Origin: an uncultured bacterium
GTDB lineage: Bacteria; Krumholzibacteriota; Krumholzibacteriia; Krumholzibacteriales; Krumholzibacteriaceae
Assembly: GCA_963813815.1 (NCBI GenBank)
Contig: CAWFAD010000016.1
Location: 320,001-384,000 of the forward strand
DNA: 64,000 bases
Direction: 5' to 3'
In this document: piece after piece, positions 30,709-40,879 of the stretch
Layout: each line of letters opens with the position of its first letter
Numbering within the stretch: the stretch's first letter is position 1
Notes under the pieces: generated by a model
Database searches by the model: none
What the model was told of the DNA's origin: nothing
Seen by the model: only the letters and a program-made list of their open reading frames with translations
Program-made: the position numbers and the translations under genes

Positions 30709-31881
30709 ATGGCTTACCAACCGCTCGACTTCTTCAATCTCGACAGCCTCCTCAGCGAAGAGGAAATCATAATTCGGGACACGGTGCGCAAGTTCGTCGA
30801 CAAAGAGGTGATCCCCGTTATCGCGGAGCACTGGGAGGCGGCGACCTTCCCCATGTCGCTCGTTCCGAAGCTCGCCGAGCTCGGCGTTTTCGGCCCCTTC
30901 GTGCCGGCGAAGTACGGCGCCTCCGAGGCTTCGTACACCGTGTACGGCCTGATCTGTCAGGAGCTCGAGCGGGGCGATTCGGGCGTGAGGAGCTTCGCCT
31001 CGGTCCAGGGAAGCCTCGTCATGTATCCGATCTGGAAGTTCGGCTCGGAAGAGCAGAAGATGGAATACCTGCCGAAGCTGGCCTCGGGGAAAATGATCGG
31101 GTGTTTCGGGCTGACCGAGCCCGACGCCGGGTCGGATCCGCGCTCGATGACCACGAGGGCCCACAAGGACGGCAAACACTGGATCCTCAACGGCGCCAAG
31201 ATGTGGATCACGAACGGCACGATAGCCGATATCGCGATCGTCTGGGCGAAGGACGACGACGGGAAGATTCGCGGATTCATCGTGCACAAGGACGACAAGG
31301 GATTCTCCGCACCGGAGCAGAAGCACAAGGTGTCGCTGCGCGCCTCGGTGACCTCCGAGCTCGTTCTGGAGGACGTCCGCATCCCGGCCGACCGGGAGCT
31401 TCCCAACACGAGCGACCTCAAGAGCCCGCTCATGTGTCTCACCTCGGCCCGATACGGGATCGCGTGGGGGGCCACGGGCGTTCTTCAGGGATTGCTCGAC
31501 GAGGCGATCAACTACAGCAAGGAACGGATCATGTTCGGCAAGCCGATCGGCTCGTTCCAGCTCACGCAGCAGAAGCTCGCCGAGATCGCGACCGATCTCA
31601 CGAGCGCGCAGATGATGGCATATCGTGTCGGTCGCCTCGCGGATGAAGGCAAAATGAAGCACTATCACGTTTCGATGATCAAGAGGAACAACGTGAACGC
31701 CGCCCTCGTCGCGGCGCGCAAGGTGCGGAGCATCCTCGGAGCGAACGGGATATCCCTCGAGTACCAGGCGATCCGCCACATGTGCAACCTCGAATCGGTC
31801 CAGACGTACGAGGGGACCTTCGAGGTGCACACGCTGATACTCGGAGAGCAGCTGACCGGGATCTCGGCGTTCAAAGGCTGA
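30709..31881 (+). CDS. Acyl-CoA dehydrogenase (glutaryl-CoA dehydrogenase-like)
   Basis: ELERGDSGVRSFASVQGSLVMYPI, GCFGLTEPDAGSDP, KMWITNG, TYEGT. Confidence 0.9.
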   Translation: MAYQPLDFFNLDSLLSEEEIIIRDTVRKFVDKEVIPVIAEHWEAATFPMSLVPKLAELGVFGPFVPAKYGASEASYTVYGLICQELERGDSGVRSFASVQGSLVMYPIWKFGSEEQKMEYLPKLASGKMIGCFGLTEPDAGSDPRSMTTRAHKDGKHWILNGAKMWITNGTIADIAIVWAKDDDGKIRGFIVHKDDKGFSAPEQKHKVSLRASVTSELVLEDVRIPADRELPNTSDLKSPLMCLTSARYGIAWGATGVLQGLLDEAINYSKERIMFGKPIGSFQLTQQKLAEIATDLTSAQMMAYRVGRLADEGKMKHYHVSMIKRNNVNAALVAARKVRSILGANGISLEYQAIRHMCNLESVQTYEGTFEVHTLILGEQLTGISAFKG

Positions 31882-31960
31882 GCGCGGCTACCGGTCGCGG
31901 CCTGATTTTGGAAGCCCGGCTGTCGAGTCCATGAAGGCTCGGCGGCCGGGCTCGACTATA

Positions 31961-32716
31961 TCAGAGGAGTATCGACAGACAGGTCATGGCCCCGTCGCAC
32001 TTCGGGAACTCCGTCATTTCGAGCGCGATGACTCCCACGCCGGCCCGCTCCAGGAGTTCCTTCGTTCGAGGGAACCCCGCGGGCATCACCACGGCGCCAT
32101 TCACGGAGAGCACGTTCGCAGCGTACTCCTCGCCATCGGGGACAACGAGCTTTTCCTCGCCTGCGAGCGCGGCATGGTCGGCCAAGGCCTTGGTGACCAG
32201 AACCGTGCCGTCCCGGATGTAGCTCACGTGGCTCTTGAGATGCATCATGGCGGGGTCAATGATGGTGTCCACCTTGACGTCGAGCCAATCGGCCAACTGC
32301 CTCGCGCCCTCGCGGTTGGTACGCCTCGTGAGACCGCACACGAGCCTGTCGCGCAGGTGCAGCACGTCGCCCCCCTCGACGGTCGCGGTTTCGGACGCTC
32401 TCTTCACATCGAGCATCTCGGATAGGATCGTCTCGATCGCCGTTACTTCGTCCCTCCTGGCCGCTTCGGCCGGCCTGCAGATCAGGGCCTTGCCCCCGCG
32501 CACGACCGCCATGTCCTCGACGAAGCACGAGTCGGGAAGCGTGTCGTCCCTTTCGAGTCGGATTACGTCGAGCCCGAGATCCTTCAGCGCCTCGACGTAC
32601 GCCGCGTGCTGCGCTCTGGCGCGCGCTACGTCGACGGTGTGCCTCATCGGGTGGGTCGATATGCACCTCGAGAGCCCCTCCCCGGATTCGCGCACGATTG
32701 CCTTCCTGACCAGCAT
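31961..32716 (-). CDS. Dimethylarginine dimethylaminohydrolase / amidinotransferase family
   Basis: PDSCFVED, EGGDVL, RTNREG, HLKS, DGAMTCLS. Confidence 0.9.
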   Translation of the reverse strand: MLVRKAIVRESGEGLSRCISTHPMRHTVDVARARAQHAAYVEALKDLGLDVIRLERDDTLPDSCFVEDMAVVRGGKALICRPAEAARRDEVTAIETILSEMLDVKRASETATVEGGDVLHLRDRLVCGLTRRTNREGARQLADWLDVKVDTIIDPAMMHLKSHVSYIRDGTVLVTKALADHAALAGEEKLVVPDGEEYAANVLSVNGAVVMPAGFPRTKELLERAGVGVIALEMTEFPKCDGAMTCLSILL

Positions 32717-32737
32717 GTGCCGGAGACCCCCGTTTCT

Positions 32738-34108
32738 TCAGCCCTTGTCCCGTTCGTTTTCGTCGGTGCGGCCGTTATCGTACATGCCTATGAGCTTGAC
32801 GACCTTGCCGGATTTGTTTCTTTCGAACGTGATGCGGAAATAGTCCAAGTCGCCGACGCGGAAGAGATCCCCTCCCATAGGCGCCATCTCGTAGCTGGGG
32901 CGATCCTCGCGTTGATAGCAGAGAACGCCGTTCTCGATGAAGATGCGACGAGGGCCATATGCTCCGACGTACTGTTTCATCTGTTTCTCCGACATCTTGA
33001 TCGGATTGAGCCGGCTCTCCAGATCAGTCAAGCCCCACCGGTATCCTGCGACGATCTGCTCGTCCTTCTCGGTTTCAATGAGCTTGCGCAGGGCGTGGAC
33101 GCGCGCTGCATCGAGGGCTTGCTCTTCCGGGACAACGATGTGAGGTATGACGCCGACGCCTTCCCACCCTTCGTTGTTCTCGGGATTATAGGCCCGCCCG
33201 TAGGGAATGCGAATGCCCATGCGGAAGCCGTCGAAATCGAAAACGTAGCTTTCGACCGTGTGCCCGCCGCCGCCGGTCGTTTCGCCCACGATGGTGGCGC
33301 GCTCCAGATTCTTGAGGTCGAACGTAAACTCCTCGGCGGCGGAAAAGGTGCGATCGCTCGTGAGGATGTAAACCGGCTGTTCGAGGATGCGCTTGCCGGG
33401 AACGTAGTCGGCGCTGTACGACTGAACCGTTTTTCCCTCGGCGCGGATATCCCAGTTAATGAGATGCGCCGTTTCCTCGAACAGGTAGCCGCTGATGAAG
33501 CGGATCATGGAGGCCGAACCTCCGCCGTTGTTTCGGAGGTCGAGGATCAAGGCGTTGCCATTGGCGAGGCAATTCATGGCCGCGGCGGCAGCCTCGAAGG
33601 CTTCGTTCCCGTGCGCGAACTGATCGAATCGAAGATAGCCGATACCGCCCGGGAAGATCTCCACCTTTTTGAACCCGTAGTTCCGCCCGCGCTCGAGCCG
33701 GCGGCGACGCTCCACATCGGCCGGATCCTCGTCCCTCTGGGGCTCGACGATAGATCGATCGAGAGGCGGCATGGCCGCGATCCGGAAGTGGCCGTCATGG
33801 TTGATGGCTTGGGCGTCGCGGTAGAGCCTTTCCGCGAACGCCACCGGGTCGGTCAGGGCGTCGTAGTCGCCGCTCGCGAGGTTCTTCCGCAAGCCGGCGA
33901 CGATGCGCTTGGCCGGTTCTTCGAGGACGTAAACCGAATCGATCGCGGCCGTGAGGCTGTCGACGATAGCGGCGCGCGTCGCGGCGTCGATTTTCGGAAG
34001 CTCTCCGGGTCTGGCAAACTGGGCGCGCGAGGCCGGCGAAAGCGACAGCAAGGCGAACAAGACGACTGAGGAAAAGGTATGCAGGGGAATCGAGCATTTC
34101 AATGACAT
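32738..34108 (-). CDS. S41-family peptidase, secreted
   Basis: RBS gaggagg; signal peptide; IGYLRFD, ILDLRNNGGG, TFSAAEEF, IVGETTGGG, WEGVGVIP. Confidence 0.9.
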   Translation of the reverse strand: MSLKCSIPLHTFSSVVLFALLSLSPASRAQFARPGELPKIDAATRAAIVDSLTAAIDSVYVLEEPAKRIVAGLRKNLASGDYDALTDPVAFAERLYRDAQAINHDGHFRIAAMPPLDRSIVEPQRDEDPADVERRRRLERGRNYGFKKVEIFPGGIGYLRFDQFAHGNEAFEAAAAAMNCLANGNALILDLRNNGGGSASMIRFISGYLFEETAHLINWDIRAEGKTVQSYSADYVPGKRILEQPVYILTSDRTFSAAEEFTFDLKNLERATIVGETTGGGGHTVESYVFDFDGFRMGIRIPYGRAYNPENNEGWEGVGVIPHIVVPEEQALDAARVHALRKLIETEKDEQIVAGYRWGLTDLESRLNPIKMSEKQMKQYVGAYGPRRIFIENGVLCYQREDRPSYEMAPMGGDLFRVGDLDYFRITFERNKSGKVVKLIGMYDNGRTDENERDKG

Positions 34109-34217
34109 GTCGTTTGACCTCCTCGTGGTTATTATATAAAGAGTTACGCCAATTTTCGCAAAAAGTTCCTGCGCGTGAGGTTCATAAAGAGGATTGCGCT
34201 TGGCCACCCCCATCGTA

Positions 34218-34246
34218 TTGACACAAGGTCGGAGCCGCAATAAGAT
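34218..34246 (+). promoter_or_regulatory. Sigma70-type promoter
   Basis: TTGACA-N17-TAAGAT upstream of the CDS at 34313. Confidence 0.65.
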
Positions 34247-34312
34247 TAGCAGGTGAACTAATCGTGCCGATGGCAAGGTGCTGAGGGGACGATATAGCGG
34301 GAGGGAGGTCGC

Positions 34313-35233
34313 ATGCCCAAACGAATTCTGCTGTCCGGCATCCTTCTTCTGGTCATCGCGGGCGCCGTTCAGGCTCAGCAGGTAGCCGACCTGAAGTACT
34401 GTCCGCCCATTCTTCGGCCGGCCTACAAAGCGGAGGAGGGCCCCCGCGTCGCGATCGACGAGGCGCACTATAATTTCCATACAGCCGACGGGCGTTACCA
34501 GCCGTTCGCGGAGCTTCTCCGGCGCGACGGCTACCGCGTCGGCGGCATGGGGGAGCAGTTCTCCGCCGCCTCGTTGAAGGCAGCGGACGTCCTCGTGATC
34601 GCCAACGCGCTCAATGAGCGGAACGCCGAGGATTGGTCGCTTCCCACGCCGTCCGCTTTCACGGAGGATGAGATCGCCGCCGTTCGCGACTGGGTCGAGA
34701 AAGGCGGCTCGCTCTTCCTGATCGCCGATCACATGCCATTTCCCGGCGCGGCCGGCGATCTAGCCCGGGCTTTCGGTGTGGAGTTCAGCAACGGCTACGC
34801 GACGGCCGGAAATCGGGAGCGGGGCGTGCCGGATATTTTCAAGGATGGAGCCGGTTTCAAGGAAAGCGCCGTCACCCATGGCCGGGCGGACGATGAGCGG
34901 GTAACACAGGTCGCAACCTTCACCGGTTCGGCCTTCAAACCGCCGAAAGACGCGATCCCGATTCTCGTGTTCGATCCGAAATCCGTATCGTTTGAAACGA
35001 AGAAGGCCCCGGGAATCACTCCCGACGCGCTCGAGGTGCCCATCGAAGGCTGGAGTCAGGGAGCGATTTTCGAGGTCGGCAAGGGCCGTGTCGCGGTATT
35101 CGGCGAGGCCGCGATGTTCAGCGCGCAGCTGGCCGGACCGCAGGAGATGCCGATGGGCATGAACTCGCCCGCGGCGGCGCAGAACTTTCAATTGCTCCTG
35201 AACGTGATGCACTGGCTCACCCGGGCGAACTGA
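34313..35233 (+). CDS. Secreted DUF4350-like (class I GATase-like fold) protein
   Basis: Signal peptide; VAIDEAHYNFHT, GGSLFLIADHMPFPG, GRVAVFGEAAMFSAQ. Confidence 0.8.
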   Translation: MPKRILLSGILLLVIAGAVQAQQVADLKYCPPILRPAYKAEEGPRVAIDEAHYNFHTADGRYQPFAELLRRDGYRVGGMGEQFSAASLKAADVLVIANALNERNAEDWSLPTPSAFTEDEIAAVRDWVEKGGSLFLIADHMPFPGAAGDLARAFGVEFSNGYATAGNRERGVPDIFKDGAGFKESAVTHGRADDERVTQVATFTGSAFKPPKDAIPILVFDPKSVSFETKKAPGITPDALEVPIEGWSQGAIFEVGKGRVAVFGEAAMFSAQLAGPQEMPMGMNSPAAAQNFQLLLNVMHWLTRAN

Positions 35234-35235
35234 TT

Positions 35236-35358
35236 ATCCGCACGGCAGGTCGCCGCAACGTTATTGGAGTTCTGCTCGTGACGCTCATCATGTACCTTCT
35301 CGCGATCCCGACGTTCAATGTCTCTCTCACGCAGCTGCCGGCTTGGATTGGACGCTGA
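35236..35358 (+). pseudogene. 3' remnant of a membrane-transporter gene (DASS/SLC13-like C-terminus)
   Basis: Reads IRTAGRRNVIGVLLVTLIMYLLAIPTFNVSLTQLPAWIGR* with no evident RBS/start upstream of the helix. Confidence 0.45.
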
Positions 35359-35363
35359 GCGCC

Positions 35364-36632
35364 ATGGAACTGAAAGCCGAAACCAAGTACAGGCTCCTCG
35401 CTCGAATCTCCCATGAGCTCCGAGACACGCTGGACCTGGACGAGATACTGAATCATCTCCTGGATATGGTTCGTTCGGTCGTGGAGTACGACGCCGCGGG
35501 CATTTTTGTGCTGAACGAGGATTTCATGGAGCCGCACGAGAGGAAGGCGCGCGGGTTGATCGGCGGCATCGCGATTCGCGGATTCGACATACGACCCCCG
35601 AGCATCGATCCTATGCTGAGCGCCGGCAAGGGTATCGTCGGGCATGTGATCGGAACGCGCGAATGCGTCGTGATTTCCGACGTGCGCAACGATTCTCGCT
35701 ACATCGAGGGCCGTAAGGGGACGCGCTCGGAGATCGCCGTGCCCATCGTGAGGAATGAGCGGGCGATCGGTGCGTTGAATCTCGAAAGCAACACGGTGGC
35801 GGCCTATAGCCCCGGCAATCTCGAGATGCTGCAATTCGTCGCCGATGCAGCCGCGCTCGCCATCGAAAAAGCCATGCTGCACCGGCAAATTCTGGAGAAG
35901 GAGCGCATAGAGGAACAGCTGAAGGTCGCGCACGAGGTTCAATCCCGCCTTCTCCCGCGCGAGGCTCCGGACGTGCCCGGGTACGACATCAGCGGCACAT
36001 GCATTTCGACGTACGAGATCGGGGGAGACTACTTCGATTATCTTCGGCTTCCGAACGACAGGATCGGCGTCGTCGTGGCGGATGTGTCGGGGCATGGAAT
36101 CCCCGCGGCGCTGATCATGACGGCTTTTCGCGCGCTCCTGCGCACGCAGATCCGCGCCGATGCGGAGCCGGAGCATGTCGCCAGCTCGCTCGGCGGGCTG
36201 CTCCCGGAATTTATCGGGGATGAACACTATGTGACATCTGTGTACGGGGTTCTCGATCCGCCGGAGGGTCGCTTCACGTATGTCAACTGCGGGCACGTCG
36301 TTCCCCTGCTTTTTCGATCCGACGGCCGCGTCGAACATTTGAGAATCGGGGGGCCGGTCCTGAGCGGCGCCCTCACGGACACGTCGCATCATGCCCATGA
36401 GGTCGAACTCGCACGAGGAGACACGCTGATTCTCTATACCGACGGCGTCGTCGAGATCGGGCCCGAGAACGGAGAGGAATTCGGTCTGGAGCGATTGAAA
36501 ACGGTCGTGCAGGGAGCGCGGGAGCTCCCGGCTTCGGGCATAATTCGCGAGCTCGTTCGTGCGACGCGGGAGTTTTCCGGTTCGGAGCATTATCGCGATG
36601 ATTTCACTCTCGTGATCGTGCGACGAGGGTAG
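35364..36632 (+). CDS. GAF + PP2C (SpoIIE/RsbU-type) phosphatase
   Basis: GAF RSEIAVPI; IGGDYFD, VADVSGHG, YVNCGH, LYTDGV, DDFTL. Confidence 0.92.
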   Translation: MELKAETKYRLLARISHELRDTLDLDEILNHLLDMVRSVVEYDAAGIFVLNEDFMEPHERKARGLIGGIAIRGFDIRPPSIDPMLSAGKGIVGHVIGTRECVVISDVRNDSRYIEGRKGTRSEIAVPIVRNERAIGALNLESNTVAAYSPGNLEMLQFVADAAALAIEKAMLHRQILEKERIEEQLKVAHEVQSRLLPREAPDVPGYDISGTCISTYEIGGDYFDYLRLPNDRIGVVVADVSGHGIPAALIMTAFRALLRTQIRADAEPEHVASSLGGLLPEFIGDEHYVTSVYGVLDPPEGRFTYVNCGHVVPLLFRSDGRVEHLRIGGPVLSGALTDTSHHAHEVELARGDTLILYTDGVVEIGPENGEEFGLERLKTVVQGARELPASGIIRELVRATREFSGSEHYRDDFTLVIVRRG

Positions 36633-36729
36633 ATGCCCGTCGTGTCGCTTCTCGTTGACTCTCGAGAAAAGCAACCACTATACTCCCCTCGCTTCTCCGG
36701 TGAACGGGAAACGGAACGAAGGGAAGGTT

Positions 36730-37617
36730 ATGAAAACGAATCTCGTGCTGGTCTCCACGCTCGTCATCCTGCTGCTTTCGTGCGCCGCTCCGCCCGCGGG
36801 GGCGCTGGAAATCGTGTCCAAGAGCCCGTACGCGGGCGCCATCGTCGTCGACGCCGCAACGGGAAGAGCGCTGTTCGAGGACGACGCGGACGTGCGGGCG
36901 TACCCGGCCAGCATCACGAAGCTCATGGTGCTCCTCGTCATTCTCGATGCGGTCGAAGCCGGCCGCCTCACCCTCGACGCGCCGGTCAAGGTGACCGCCC
37001 AGGCCTCCAAGATCGGCGGAACGCAGGTGTATTTGAAGGAAAACGAAGTGTTCCCGGTCGAGGAGCTGCTGTACGCGCTCATTGTCGAGTCGGCGAACGA
37101 CGCGGCGACCGCGCTCGCGATCCATTACGCCGGCAACAAAGCTGCTTTCGTGGACCTGATGAACAGGCGCGCGCAGGAAATCGGCATGAAAGACACGGTC
37201 TATCACTCCGCGCACGGCCTGCCTCCGAGCAAAGGCCAGCTGCCGGATGTTTCCACTCCGCGCGATATCGCGAAGCTGTGCTGCGAGCTTCTGAAGAAGC
37301 CCGGCGTCTTGAAGTATACCTCCACCCGGCGGCGCCCCTTCAGGGCGGATTTGGCCGAGCCGTTCATGATGACGAACCACAATCGGCTGCTCGGAAGGCT
37401 CGAGGGGTGCGACGGGCTCAAGACCGGGTATTTCAGGGCGGCGGGATTTTCCATCGCGGCGACCGCGGCCAGAAAGAATAAACGAGCCATCGCCGTCGTG
37501 GTCGGGGCGACGAACGAGAGAGTCAGGGATGTCCGGACAAAGGAGCTCCTCGCCAAGGGGCTGGAGGAGCTCGCGGCCGCCTCGCCGTCGACGGCCCCGG
37601 CCGGGGCATCTCGGTGA
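36730..37617 (+). CDS. D-alanyl-D-alanine carboxypeptidase (peptidase S11)
   Basis: PASITK, SAND, GLKTGY. Confidence 0.92.
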   Translation: MKTNLVLVSTLVILLLSCAAPPAGALEIVSKSPYAGAIVVDAATGRALFEDDADVRAYPASITKLMVLLVILDAVEAGRLTLDAPVKVTAQASKIGGTQVYLKENEVFPVEELLYALIVESANDAATALAIHYAGNKAAFVDLMNRRAQEIGMKDTVYHSAHGLPPSKGQLPDVSTPRDIAKLCCELLKKPGVLKYTSTRRRPFRADLAEPFMMTNHNRLLGRLEGCDGLKTGYFRAAGFSIAATAARKNKRAIAVVVGATNERVRDVRTKELLAKGLEELAAASPSTAPAGASR

Positions 37618-37631
37618 AAAGGAGCGGGACC

Positions 37632-37994
37632 ATGCGCAGCAGAATCGTTGTTTCGTTGGCGGCGGCGGTTTGCCTCGCCGCGTCGAACGCGTTCGCCGGG
37701 CGCATCTTCGGCGACATCAAGCTCGACGGCAAGCCGGCGCCGGCCGGCATCGCGGTGAAGATCGCCGTGGCGCCGACCGCGGGGGCCGCGACGACGCCGG
37801 TCGTCGTCGACTCCGCGGTCACCGACAAGTTCGGCTCGTACAAGCTGGCGGTGAAGCAGGAGGGGAAGTGCGTTCTGACGCTCGTGTACGAGAAGCAGGC
37901 GGTAACGCTCGAGGTCTTTTCCTACAAGAGCGCGACGCGCTACGACCTCATCCTCGAAAAAAAGGGTGGGAAGGCGACCCTGAGAAGGAAGTGA
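37632..37994 (+). CDS. Small secreted beta-sandwich-like hypothetical protein
   Basis: RBS ggag; signal peptide ending AFA; TDKFGSY motif. Confidence 0.75.
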   Translation: MRSRIVVSLAAAVCLAASNAFAGRIFGDIKLDGKPAPAGIAVKIAVAPTAGAATTPVVVDSAVTDKFGSYKLAVKQEGKCVLTLVYEKQAVTLEVFSYKSATRYDLILEKKGGKATLRRK

Positions 37995-38001
37995 TCGAAA
38001 G

Positions 38002-38901
38002 ATGAGCGTCGAACCCGTACAAAAACGGGACGCGTGGAACAAGATCGAGATCCTCACGCGCCCGCTCGGCGGTCTGCTCACCGCGGCGGCCATCACCGTG
38101 CTCGGTTTCATCACCTCGAGCGCCCTCAATCAGCGGCAGGCGATCGACACGAACACGCGCCTCTACACGGAGCTCATGAGCCGCCGCGAGGAATCGGAAA
38201 GCGCGCTCCGCAAGGATATGTGCGTTTCCATCATCAATTCCTTCGTGAACCCGCGCGACACGGGGCTCGGTCCCTCCGTGCTCAACCTCGAGATGCTCGC
38301 CTACAACTTTCACGAGTCGCTCAACCTGAAGCCGCTGTTCGAGGAAATGCGGCGGCGGGTGATGCACGCGCGGGGAGAGGCGGCGACGCTCGAGGACCGG
38401 GCGGAAAACGACGCCTACCTTGAGAGGCTCGAGACCATGGCGCGGGAGATCGTGCGCAGGCAGATGATCGTTCTCGAGGGAGTCGGTAAGAGGTTCGATC
38501 GCACGATCGATCTCTCCGGCGATCCGGAGGGAGCGAGCCTCGAGCCCGAGACGCTGACGCTCGACGGCGTCGCGACGACCTTCGCGATCGACGTTCTCGG
38601 CGTCGACCGGGAGACCCGCGAGATAGAAATCGGCCTCAGCATCGAGAGCCCGGACCCCGAGCAGGGGCGCCAGACGAAGGTGGCGGCCTTCGGCGTCAGC
38701 TACTTCGATTTCCCCATGATCGACAACACGAGGCTCGTCGGCGGCCAGCGTTGCTCGGTGGTGCTGAACAGCATCTCGGAGCATTCCGCCGACATCACGC
38801 TCGTGCTTTTTCCCGGCACCTACGCGAGCCTCAAGGAAAAGCCTTACTACAACGAGGTGATCGAGAGCGTTCTCAAAGCGAACAAGAGGATGGCCCGCTG
38901 A
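38002..38901 (+). CDS. Hypothetical membrane-anchored protein
   Basis: RDAWNKIEIL followed by a TM segment; long ORF 7 nt after the previous gene. Confidence 0.75.
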   Translation: MSVEPVQKRDAWNKIEILTRPLGGLLTAAAITVLGFITSSALNQRQAIDTNTRLYTELMSRREESESALRKDMCVSIINSFVNPRDTGLGPSVLNLEMLAYNFHESLNLKPLFEEMRRRVMHARGEAATLEDRAENDAYLERLETMAREIVRRQMIVLEGVGKRFDRTIDLSGDPEGASLEPETLTLDGVATTFAIDVLGVDRETREIEIGLSIESPDPEQGRQTKVAAFGVSYFDFPMIDNTRLVGGQRCSVVLNSISEHSADITLVLFPGTYASLKEKPYYNEVIESVLKANKRMAR

Positions 38902-38982
38902 GCGCCAGCCGATCGATGAGAGGGCGGCGCAACCCCGCAACCGCATTTACCGGGCGGGTGCGCCGCAGAAACGAGGTCTCGT

Positions 38983-39714
38983 ATGAAGAAGCTGCTCATG
39001 GCCGCGATCGTCGCGGCCGCCGTAATCGTCGTCATCGTTCTCGTCGGCCTCTCCAAGCTCGACTCACTCGTCGCGAAAATGATCGAGAAATACGGCGGCG
39101 ACGCGACGCAGACGGAAGTCCGCGTCGCGGGGGTGGATATCTCTCTCCGCGATGGGCGAGGCTCGATCAAGGGGCTCGAGATCGAGAGCCCCGAGGGGTT
39201 CGGGGCTCGCACGGCTCTTTCGCTGGGCGACATCGTCGTCGACATCGACGTCAAGAGCATCCGCGAGGAGCCCATCGTCATCGACGAGATTCGCGTGCGG
39301 GCTCCCGTCGTCAGCGCCGAGATAACGAAGACGGGCTCTTCCAACATCGACGAGCTCCGCAAGCGGGTGCAGGCCTACGCCGCGGGGACGGGGGGAGAGG
39401 GCGGCGAATCGAGAGGCGAAACGAAGCGGATACGGATCGCGCGATTCGTATTCGAGGAAGGCCGCATCGAGGTCGACGCGTCGGCGCTCGGGATCGAGAA
39501 GCGCACGATCGTTCTCCCCGAGATCCGTCTCGACGACGTCGGCGGAGCGAGCGGCGCGCCGCCGGACGAGATCGCGAGGATCATACTCACGACCGTTGCC
39601 GGCAAAGCGACCTCCGAGATCGCCGACTCCGAAATCGACCGGCTGATCAAGGAGAAGCTCGGAGGGTCCGTCACCGACAAGGTGAAAGACCTGATGGACA
39701 AGGTCGGTCTGTAG
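38983..39714 (+). CDS. AsmA-like protein
   Basis: N-terminal TM; IKGLEIESPEGF, IVIDEIRV, SNIDEL. Confidence 0.75.
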   Translation: MKKLLMAAIVAAAVIVVIVLVGLSKLDSLVAKMIEKYGGDATQTEVRVAGVDISLRDGRGSIKGLEIESPEGFGARTALSLGDIVVDIDVKSIREEPIVIDEIRVRAPVVSAEITKTGSSNIDELRKRVQAYAAGTGGEGGESRGETKRIRIARFVFEEGRIEVDASALGIEKRTIVLPEIRLDDVGGASGAPPDEIARIILTTVAGKATSEIADSEIDRLIKEKLGGSVTDKVKDLMDKVGL

Positions 39715-39769
39715 CCGCGCGGCCGAGCTCTCCTCCGCGGCGCCGCGGGCGAACCGGCGGCTCGCGCTT

Positions 39770-40801
39770 CTATTCCACCTTCCCGAGCGGCATGACGTAG
39801 AGCGGCTCCTCCGCGCGCGTCATCCCGACGGCCTTCTTGAGCCGCAGATCGTCGAACGCGCCGAGGGCGCACGTGCCGACCTTGAGAGCGTACGCCTCGA
39901 GGTACACGTTCTCCGCGGAATGCCCGAGATCCATGCAGACGTAACGATCGCGCCCGCGCTGGCCGTACTTCACCATCGTCCGCTCGTACACGGCCGAGTA
40001 TACGATCGCCGCCGAGGCCGTCTTGAAATGGGGCTGGTCGAAGCAGGCCTTGCTCACCTCGTCGCGCCGGTCTCCCTCGGCGACGCGCACGAGCCGATGC
40101 GTCTCCGACTTGTAGTAGTAGATGCCGTCCGGAAGGCCGGTCACGTCGAAGGCCGCGAGGTAGATGTCGAGCGGGTAGCGGCCTCCGGCCGAGGGCGCCG
40201 TCCGCAGACCCCCTCGAAGGAAGGCGGGCGGGTTCTCGCGCGTTTTCGTGATTCCGTAGGCCGCCCAGAGGAGCTGGGAGGTCTCCTCGAGCGCGAGGGG
40301 CTTCTCGACGTAGGAGCGGATCGATCTGCGGTTCGCGAGGGCCGCCTCGATCGATACCGTTCCGTCGAGGCGCGGGGCGGGGAGGTCGATCGCGGGGCCG
40401 TCCGGGTGGGTCTCCGGGAATGATCTCTCCACGAACGCGATCTTCTGCTGGATCGAGTCCATGACGGCCTTCCATTGGCTTCCGCTCCGAAGGCTCTCGA
40501 GATCCGCGTCCGCCGCGAGCGTCTCCTTTTCGAGGAATCCCGCCTCGATCGCCTTGAAGAGATATCCGTAGGCGGCCTCCGGCTTGCCGACCCGGGCGCC
40601 GGCGCAGGCGGCGTTGTAGAAATCGTTGTAGCTCCACTCGCCCGTTTCGAAGGCCCTTTCGTAGAGGGCGAGGGCGTTCTCGTATTCCTTGGCCATGAGC
40701 TTCGACTCGGCCTCCCGGACGAGGGCGTCGTATCCCTGCGCCAGTGAGGCGGAGGCGAGCCCCAGAAATACGACAGCCGCCATCGCAACGCGCATTCTCA
40801 T
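39770..40801 (-). CDS. SagB/ThcOx-family nitroreductase with signal peptide and TPR-like N-terminal domain
   Basis: RBS ggagg; YNAAC TPR-like segment; RRSIR, SQLLWAAYGIT, RTAPSAG, DLGHSAENVYL. Confidence 0.88.
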   Translation of the reverse strand: MRMRVAMAAVVFLGLASASLAQGYDALVREAESKLMAKEYENALALYERAFETGEWSYNDFYNAACAGARVGKPEAAYGYLFKAIEAGFLEKETLAADADLESLRSGSQWKAVMDSIQQKIAFVERSFPETHPDGPAIDLPAPRLDGTVSIEAALANRRSIRSYVEKPLALEETSQLLWAAYGITKTRENPPAFLRGGLRTAPSAGGRYPLDIYLAAFDVTGLPDGIYYYKSETHRLVRVAEGDRRDEVSKACFDQPHFKTASAAIVYSAVYERTMVKYGQRGRDRYVCMDLGHSAENVYLEAYALKVGTCALGAFDDLRLKKAVGMTRAEEPLYVMPLGKVE

Positions 40802-40844
40802 GTCGATACCTCCCGTTCGCGATCGCCGTGCTTTCTCCTTGGGA

Positions 40845-40873
40845 TTTACATTATACGCGCATTCGAGTAGAAT
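40845..40873 (+). promoter_or_regulatory. Sigma70-type promoter, probably giving a leaderless mRNA for the radical SAM operon
   Basis: TTTACA-N17-TAGAAT, then 6 nt to GTG at 40880; no SD. Confidence 0.55.
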
Positions 40874-40879
40874 CGGCCA

